The notes beneath the pieces are model-generated. The model made no database searches. It saw only the letters and a program-made list of their open reading frames with translations, and had not been told where the DNA came from. The position numbers and the translations under genes were made by a program. This document shows, piece by piece, positions 58,360 to 64,000 of a stretch of DNA of 64,000 bases. The number at the start of each line of letters is the position of its first letter. The first letter of the stretch is position 1. Location: the IMG/VR virus record IMGVR_UViG_3300021256_000062, positions 1 through 64,000 of that record; one strand, given 5' to 3'. Source of the DNA: a virus. Its lineage: Duplodnaviria; Caudoviricetes.

Positions 58360-58686
58360 TTATCTACCTTTCAATGCATCCATTATTTTATTATAAATAT
58401 CAATCTCTTTAACTTCAGTTACATTATTTATCATTCGTGAGAAATAGATTATGAAATTATCTCTTCCTAAAACATCTTCAAGTTCTTCTTTTAATGATGC
58501 TGCAATCTTAAACATTGTTTCCTTTGGAACATTTGCATCAATTCCTATTAAATATTTATTTCCAGGAACTAACTTAATAGATTCCATTGCAAGTGGCATT
58601 AATTTCTTAAGTTGTTTTTCCTTAATTTCTTTTCTTCTTTGTTCTCTTCTTCTAACCTTTTTAAATTTTGTGGTTATCTTATTCAT
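58360..58686 (-). CDS. hypothetical protein
   Basis: 108 aa, basic N-terminus. Confidence 0.7.
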   Translation of the reverse strand: MNKITTKFKKVRRREQRRKEIKEKQLKKLMPLAMESIKLVPGNKYLIGIDANVPKETMFKIAASLKEELEDVLGRDNFIIYFSRMINNVTEVKEIDIYNKIMDALKGR

Positions 58687-59177
58687 TATTCTACTGTAAC
58701 CTCCAAGTCAATTTTAACAATTTCTTCTTTATCCTTTAATAAACTTAAATCATAATGACTATTAATGAATTCTTCAGCTAATTTATCATTTATTGCATTA
58801 CCTAATCTACAATAAATTAATTCCCATTCATCTTCATTAAAAAATGTTCCTAATAAAGTATTACATCTATCTCTAAAATATTCATGAATATAATTATCAT
58901 AAGTGTTTGAATATTGTGTTCTACAGCAAGCTCTACTTAACCAAGCCAATATTTTCTTTTTCAAGTCCATTTCATTATTGCAATCTTCAAGTCTAAACCA
59001 CTCATTGACAAATACTGGTTTATTACTTTTTCGATGCAATACCATCAATTCATCCCAATTTAAATTGTCACTTGGAAACCAATTTAGTAATACTATAAAC
59101 TCATTGTTTTCATTAATAAAACTTTCCTCAAAGACTGAAATCATTCTTTTAAGAAATTTATTTTCTAAATCAATCAT
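58686..59177 (-). CDS. phage hypothetical protein
   Basis: K.LAWLSR..IY.RLGNAIN. Confidence 0.75.
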   Translation of the reverse strand: MIDLENKFLKRMISVFEESFINENNEFIVLLNWFPSDNLNWDELMVLHRKSNKPVFVNEWFRLEDCNNEMDLKKKILAWLSRACCRTQYSNTYDNYIHEYFRDRCNTLLGTFFNEDEWELIYCRLGNAINDKLAEEFINSHYDLSLLKDKEEIVKIDLEVTVE

Positions 59178-59430
59178 TTTCTTCTACCTCTATTTCTTGG
59201 TCTAAATCAACACTATCTTTAAAATTATTAACTATTTCTTTATTAGTATTCTCATCTTCTACACATCTAGGGAAATAAGGCTCTCCTGCATAACACCTAA
59301 TTCCTTTAGGACATTCTATGGTGTCACCATCTTTTGTTTCAAATGATTCATAAGGACAATATTTACATATATTATCACCAAGAATGTTTAATATTTCATC
59401 ATCATTTAAATCTCTAATTTTCTTTTTCAT
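59170..59430 (-). CDS. small Cys-rich protein
   Basis: KIRDL..CKYCP..CP..CY..C. Confidence 0.7.
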   Translation of the reverse strand: MKKKIRDLNDDEILNILGDNICKYCPYESFETKDGDTIECPKGIRCYAGEPYFPRCVEDENTNKEIVNNFKDSVDLDQEIEVEEND

Positions 59431-59445
59431 CTATTTCCGTCTCTT

Positions 59446-59715
59446 TCAATCTTCTAAACCTATGTGGAATAAAAAATAAAATAATTTATAAGTCCAAAAT
59501 AATAAATTCCATAAAGGACATAAAATAACACCAAGTATAAATATAATAATCCCACCTGCTAAGTTTACATTGAATACTTCTGCTAATTCTGATGGACTTT
59601 CAGCGAATCCAAATCCTTGTAATCTACCACGTATCATCATGAATACCCAAGAAATATTTAAAATAATGTAGCATGCTAAAGGAATAATCCACCAATATTT
59701 TAAAAAATCATTCAT
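59446..59715 (-). CDS. small 2-TM membrane protein, paralog of 4309..4548
   Basis: see 4309..4548. Confidence 0.75.
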   Translation of the reverse strand: MNDFLKYWWIIPLACYIILNISWVFMMIRGRLQGFGFAESPSELAEVFNVNLAGGIIIFILGVILCPLWNLLFWTYKLFYFLFHIGLED

Positions 59716-59757
59716 TTTCTATTTCCATCTCGCAAACCATTTTTGTTCTTATGTATT

Positions 59758-59976
59758 TTACCATATTTCTACTTTCCCTTTATTATTCATAACTACTGCA
59801 TAACCACAAATATCTTCTATTGAATAAGGTTTGTTTAATTCCAGTCCTTTAGGCTTATCATCAAATGTTTTGATAATTTCAGTTGTGCCATCTTCGTAAA
59901 AGAATACTAATCTGTAATAATATTCTTCATTTGCTAAATCATAATCTTCTTCTATCTTAAATTGTAATGGTTTCAT
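59758..59976 (-). CDS. hypothetical protein, paralog of 140..343
   Basis: MKPLQFKIEE..DKPKGLELNK. Confidence 0.8.
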   Translation of the reverse strand: MKPLQFKIEEDYDLANEEYYYRLVFFYEDGTTEIIKTFDDKPKGLELNKPYSIEDICGYAVVMNNKGKVEIW

Positions 59977-59978
59977 TT

Positions 59979-60440
59979 TTATTCACTCCTATCTTCTTTC
60001 AAAAACCAAGTCTTTTTATAATCTTTTAGTCTTAAATCATAACCAAAACTCCACCTATCAACAAATAAAAATTCAGGTTTTTTCCCATCTATTGCATAAG
60101 GATTAATTATGTAGTTATTTGATTTTGAATGAAACTTAAAACTATTATCATATTCACTACGAACATTCATTTTCTCAATATAAATCTTTGGTGCTTGTAG
60201 CACTTTAAAAATAAAATCTAACGGACATCCTAGTTGCTTTGATAATTCTTCATAAGTTGTTGCCATTTCAAGCAACTTATCTAATTCTTTTAAATCTTTA
60301 ACACGGTATGATTGTAATAAATCTTCTAGTTCACCTAGTTTGTTTACTATTTGTCCTTCACCAATATAACAATAGCCTTTTTCATCTAGTTTATATTCAT
60401 AACGATTTAAGTCTTTTCTAAATTCAGTTAATCTATCCAT
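59979..60440 (-). CDS. hypothetical protein (mosaic)
   Basis: MDRLT, KLGELED, KQLGCPL, DYKKTWFLKED. Confidence 0.75.
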   Translation of the reverse strand: MDRLTEFRKDLNRYEYKLDEKGYCYIGEGQIVNKLGELEDLLQSYRVKDLKELDKLLEMATTYEELSKQLGCPLDFIFKVLQAPKIYIEKMNVRSEYDNSFKFHSKSNNYIINPYAIDGKKPEFLFVDRWSFGYDLRLKDYKKTWFLKEDRSE

Positions 60441-60441
60441 A

Positions 60442-60660
60442 CTATTCGTTTTTATCCTCTCTCAACCACCATGTTTTCTTATAATCACTCTCATAAAATC
60501 TTGTTCTACCTAATGAATATCCAACAGTGATACTTCTCAAACAGAATTCTTTTCTTATAGTATCATAATCAATTACAAAATCTTCATTTCTCCATATGTT
60601 ATAACCATCGAAGAAGCCATCTTTCTTTGCCATAAGCAATTCTATAGGAAATTCTTTCAT
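60442..60660 (-). CDS. hypothetical protein
   Basis: C-terminal DYKKTWWLRED shared with 59979..60440. Confidence 0.75.
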   Translation of the reverse strand: MKEFPIELLMAKKDGFFDGYNIWRNEDFVIDYDTIRKEFCLRSITVGYSLGRTRFYESDYKKTWWLREDKNE

Positions 60661-60662
60661 CT

Positions 60663-60938
60663 CTATTCACTCTCATCACTTAAATGTCTATTAGGTTCAT
60701 TCCAATCCCAATAAAGAGAATCTTGGCCATTAATACAGTTTCTAATAAAATCACTAACCTTTTCAGCTACATAACTATCCTTATCTAATTTAATGAATTC
60801 TCCATCTTCATTAAAAACACTAATTCTTAAGTTAACCTTATTACTTGTATCTCTTTCTGCAGTATTAGTCATTACAGCTGTATCACATTTAACTCTGTAT
60901 TTATTGCCATTTATATTTAATTCAAAACCTTGTTTCAT
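60663..60938 (-). CDS. hypothetical protein
   Basis: start moved to ATG 60938; ends DESE. Confidence 0.7.
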   Translation of the reverse strand: MKQGFELNINGNKYRVKCDTAVMTNTAERDTSNKVNLRISVFNEDGEFIKLDKDSYVAEKVSDFIRNCINGQDSLYWDWNEPNRHLSDESE

Positions 60939-60939
60939 A

Positions 60940-61053
60940 TTATTCACACTTATCCTTATTCTTTCTTAAATGATAATCTACTATAAAATTAATAGATAAT
61001 AATGGTATTACAAAAGCTAATATTCAAATTATTAATTCAACAAAAAACTTCAT
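60940..61053 (-). pseudogene. 37-codon TM microprotein with in-frame TGA
   Basis: MKFFVELII*ILAFVIPLLSINFIVDYHLRKNKDKCE; TGA at 61024-61026; ends in junction motif. Confidence 0.5.
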
Positions 61054-61092
61054 CTCTATCCAACTCTTCTTTTAACTTGTTTTGTCTATACA

Positions 61093-61761
61093 TTATTCAA
61101 CCACCTCTAAATGTAGATTGTTAAAGAATTGTCTATAATGATATATAAAATCATCATCGCTAGATATTGAATAAATGATAAGGTCATCATTTTTTAAAAT
61201 TCCAACATATTCGTACCCACTACAACTATTGTATTCTCTTATTATAAAATATACTACTGTATAATCCTCATCATTTAATTTTACTTTCATTCTTTGCTCA
61301 ACATCAGTAAACTTTAAATCTTCCCATTTTAAATACTTTTTAGATTTACAAATAGAATCAATACTGCCAAAATTCTTATCCTTCATTTTTTCCTTGAGTT
61401 CAGATATTTTCTTTTTACCTTCTTCTGATTTTGCCCAAGAACCATCAAAACCACTTTCATCTACGTTAATTACTCTAACTTGAGATAATTTTTCTTGCAG
61501 CATAAAAGTCTCTCTTAATAGACTCGCAAGTTTAATTAAATCATCTCTATTTCTAAAATGAGCAATGATTTTACTCTTGGGAATATGATGTCTTGTAGAC
61601 CAATATTCCTCAGGTAATCCTTCATAAACATCTAATATTAATTCATCTTCTGTTTCTGCATAACCTACATATTGATAAATAGAATCAGTAGTTAATAAAT
61701 AACCACATTCACCCATAAGTCCATTGAAATAATTTATAACGTCTGATTTTTTAGATTTCAT
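61093..61761 (-). CDS. hypothetical protein
   Basis: AGGAGG RBS, 222 aa. Confidence 0.75.
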   Translation of the reverse strand: MKSKKSDVINYFNGLMGECGYLLTTDSIYQYVGYAETEDELILDVYEGLPEEYWSTRHHIPKSKIIAHFRNRDDLIKLASLLRETFMLQEKLSQVRVINVDESGFDGSWAKSEEGKKKISELKEKMKDKNFGSIDSICKSKKYLKWEDLKFTDVEQRMKVKLNDEDYTVVYFIIREYNSCSGYEYVGILKNDDLIIYSISSDDDFIYHYRQFFNNLHLEVVE

Positions 61762-61773
61762 CTTTTATTCCTC

Positions 61774-62280
61774 CTAATATACTTTTGGTAACTCAAATAA
61801 TACCTCTTCACAATCTAATCTATGAACCATCTCTTTTAAGAATCTAAATTCTTCTTCTGTTAGGGATTGTCTATAATAAGGTATTTTTGAATTATAAGCT
61901 TCAGCTGTTGCATTAGGTCTAATCTCATTAACATCTACATTTTTCAAGATTATTAATTCAAATGCCTTATCCTTTAGATGCTTCTCTTGTGCTTTTAGTA
62001 AGGCTTGTTTGATAGTATCATTTCTAGTTTCTAAAACACTTCTAATAATCTCTGGATTATGCTCTTCACAATAAGCTAAAGCTAAATCATATATTGTTTC
62101 ATATTTTTTCAACGCTTCACTAGGGTTTGCATTGTCTATGGATTCTAAACGTTTAAGGGCTTGTCTTACAATGTCGTTGCATTCTCTAACCTTAATATTT
62201 GTTTCTTTTGTAAATTCGCTAAAAAGTGCTTCGTTAACGATAAATTGTAATGCTTCTAAATATTCTTTACTCATAATCAT
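61774..62280 (-). CDS. hypothetical protein, MSKEYLEAL paralog family
   Basis: see 1643..2080. Confidence 0.8.
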   Translation of the reverse strand: MIMSKEYLEALQFIVNEALFSEFTKETNIKVRECNDIVRQALKRLESIDNANPSEALKKYETIYDLALAYCEEHNPEIIRSVLETRNDTIKQALLKAQEKHLKDKAFELIILKNVDVNEIRPNATAEAYNSKIPYYRQSLTEEEFRFLKEMVHRLDCEEVLFELPKVY

Positions 62281-62303
62281 TTACCTATAATTTAATTAAA
62301 CTT

Positions 62304-62918
62304 TTATTTGTTGTCTTTTAAAAATGGTATTGCATCCGATTTAATAATCCAACTTGTTCCAAAAAAGAACAATGCAATAGCTTCTACTATCCAAGTTAGA
62401 TTATAAATATAAACACCAGGAATAAAATTTAATAACATCAGTAAGAATGATGCTATCATTCCAACACCACATACTCTATAAATAATATTCTTAATTTTCT
62501 TTTGTTTAGTTATTTCTCCACTTGATTTAGTAAATAAGAAGAAACTCATAAAAGCCAATGTTCCAAAGAAACCTATGGCACTAATATTATGGAATATTCC
62601 ACTAATGTCTCCATCTAAATGAAATATTCCTGTAGGGATGTTATTATTAGACATAGGGAATAAACATATTAATATACCAAATATACCAGCTATTGTTGCA
62701 GTAATGTCATCTATTTTCTCATACCCTTTATAGTTTATTAATAATATACCTGCACTACCTAGTACAACCATAAATGTACCTACTGCAAATAAGCTATAAT
62801 ATGTTATAGATACTGATTGTGGCCAAGATAAAGTAATTAATGCCACTAACCAAGGTAATAACATACCTAATATTCCAATCATTATTCTCATTCTTTTAGT
62901 ATCAACAGTTACATTCAT
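62304..62918 (-). CDS. multi-pass membrane protein (DUF998/Frag1-like)
   Basis: about six TM helices; S.S.TYY, YKGY, FP, H..SA..FF, E..AL..FG.SW. Confidence 0.6.
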   Translation of the reverse strand: MNVTVDTKRMRIMIGILGMLLPWLVALITLSWPQSVSITYYSLFAVGTFMVVLGSAGILLINYKGYEKIDDITATIAGIFGILICLFPMSNNNIPTGIFHLDGDISGIFHNISAIGFFGTLAFMSFFLFTKSSGEITKQKKIKNIIYRVCGVGMIASFLLMLLNFIPGVYIYNLTWIVEAIALFFFGTSWIIKSDAIPFLKDNK

Positions 62919-62930
62919 TCTCTATTACCT

Positions 62931-63221
62931 CTACCATAAATAGTCATCAATCTTGAATCCTACAACAACTGCTCCAATTCCTATAATAAGATAACTTGTA
63001 ACATTAACAACTAAACACCAAACGAATTTAATTTCAGTATTTACTTGATTAAGTAAATGTACATCTTCTTTATAGAATCCAAATGTACTCATTTGTGCAT
63101 TAAACTCATTTAACCACATATTATAATTTAAACTATAACAATAAGTACTGAACCATATATTTAATGCAAGTAAACCAATTACCACAATTCCTAAAATAAT
63201 ATACGCTATAACTTTTTTCAT
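62931..63221 (-). CDS. 2-TM membrane protein
   Basis: start moved to ATG 63221 after GGAGGT. Confidence 0.7.
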   Translation of the reverse strand: MKKVIAYIILGIVVIGLLALNIWFSTYCYSLNYNMWLNEFNAQMSTFGFYKEDVHLLNQVNTEIKFVWCLVVNVTSYLIIGIGAVVVGFKIDDYLW

Positions 63222-63222
63222 T

Positions 63223-63474
63223 TTAATTACCTCCATATCTATAAGGTTCATATTCATATCCATTTGCCTTACGAACATAAACATCATAATCAACTTCTTT
63301 ATCTAATTTTATTTGTCTATTGACCTCTGCATTACATTTAGGACAATTATGAATACCACTTGTCATCATCATATTTCCATATAAAGTATGATTACCACAA
63401 TGAGGACAAATACAAACACAATCCATTTCATTTTCAGCTTCTTTAATTACTTTAATTCTTCCAATATGTTTCAT
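63223..63474 (-). CDS. Zn-ribbon protein
   Basis: CPHCG...CPKC; AAAGGAG RBS. Confidence 0.7.
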   Translation of the reverse strand: MKHIGRIKVIKEAENEMDCVCICPHCGNHTLYGNMMMTSGIHNCPKCNAEVNRQIKLDKEVDYDVYVRKANGYEYEPYRYGGN

Positions 63475-63497
63475 ATAATATTCTCCTTTACTTATCA

Positions 63498-63983
63498 TTA
63501 TACTTTAGGGACTTGGTTTTGTGAGTTATTTACCTTACGCTCTTCAATATACTTTTCAGCTTCTTCTTTTGTTGCAAAAATTCTATATTCAGGGATATCT
63601 TCAATATTTCCAGTATCTTTAAAATTAATGTATATACATCTTGGACTATAGTTAGAGTAATAACTAGAAAGCTTAAGTTCTTTAGTTTTTGTTTCTCTAT
63701 TTTTATCTTCTGCATAAGCTTCTAAAGTAAAAGCCATTGAAGAGATAATTCCTTCTTTAATAGAATATTCCGTATGACTAGTATTTCCAATATCATAGTT
63801 TCTATTTTCTGGATTGCATACAGGACATCCAGCAACATATTGAATTCCTTCAACTTCTACAAATAGCTTACCTTTACCATTACATTTTGGACAAGCACCA
63901 TCTTTTATTTGTTTCCAATTAACTACATAAACTTTTTGACCAGGTTTAAAAGAAAGTAAACCTAATTGTTTTAGGTATTCCAT
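63498..63983 (-). CDS. Zn-finger protein
   Basis: CPKCNGKG...CPVC. Confidence 0.7.
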   Translation of the reverse strand: MEYLKQLGLLSFKPGQKVYVVNWKQIKDGACPKCNGKGKLFVEVEGIQYVAGCPVCNPENRNYDIGNTSHTEYSIKEGIISSMAFTLEAYAEDKNRETKTKELKLSSYYSNYSPRCIYINFKDTGNIEDIPEYRIFATKEEAEKYIEERKVNNSQNQVPKV

Positions 63984-64000
63984 ACCACAATCAGCCTTAT

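Noticed and set aside
140-62280. Terminal direct repeats at the two window ends
   Set aside because: Shared genes are diverged paralogs in different order, not identical repeats.
1294-63651. All plus-strand ORFs in the track
   Set aside because: They lie antisense to well-supported minus-strand genes, have shadow-like S/L/F/I-rich composition and show no recognisable motifs.
31817-63715. Nested alternative-frame ORFs (31817..32017, 51491..51685, 63530..63715)
   Set aside because: Fully inside conserved genes with no independent support.
1-64000. Genome-wide stop-codon reassignment
   Set aside because: Long conserved genes are intact in code 11, TAG and TGA both end genes, and many ATGA overlaps exist; only two isolated in-frame TGAs were found.

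Overview
A very AT-rich, gene-dense 64 kb segment of a large dsDNA tailed phage. The host is probably an anaerobic Bacillota-type bacterium (class III RNR NrdD/NrdG, consensus sigma-A promoters, AGGAG/AGGTGA ribosome-binding sites). Essentially all real genes are on the minus strand; I saw no capsid, terminase, tRNA or CRISPR array. In transcription order (right to left): (i) 57.5-64 kb, small accessory genes including a NADAR protein; (ii) 50-57.5 kb, SNF2 helicase and nrdD/nrdG; (iii) 26-50 kb, a bacterial-style replication/recombination block (sigma-like factor, initiator, DnaC-like loader, DnaB, DnaG, SSB, family A polymerase, beta-clamp, RecU, RecA, DnaX/HolB/HolA clamp loader, SbcCD) with an embedded SAM trio (SPL-like radical SAM enzyme, multi-TRD C5 methyltransferase, MetK); (iv) 16-26 kb, regulators, phosphoesterases and a translation-related cluster (catalytically dead peptide deformylase, ribosomal protein bS21, two structured intergenic elements with anti-Shine-Dalgarno-like sequence); (v) 11-16 kb, a probable late virion-protein operon; (vi) 0-11 kb, CCA-adding enzyme, Pol-beta nucleotidyltransferase and a second array of small accessory genes. 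Most notable observations: the bS21/anti-SD RNA/pseudo-deformylase cluster, two genes missed by the ORF track that are interrupted by a single in-frame UGA (one followed by a SECIS-like hairpin), clamp-binding-like motifs on several proteins, a circularly permuted ASCH domain, a Hint-like remnant in PolA, G/C-ending codon patches at catalytic motifs, and a 15-bp junction motif shared by unrelated accessory genes. All calls come from reading motifs by eye; no database search was run.
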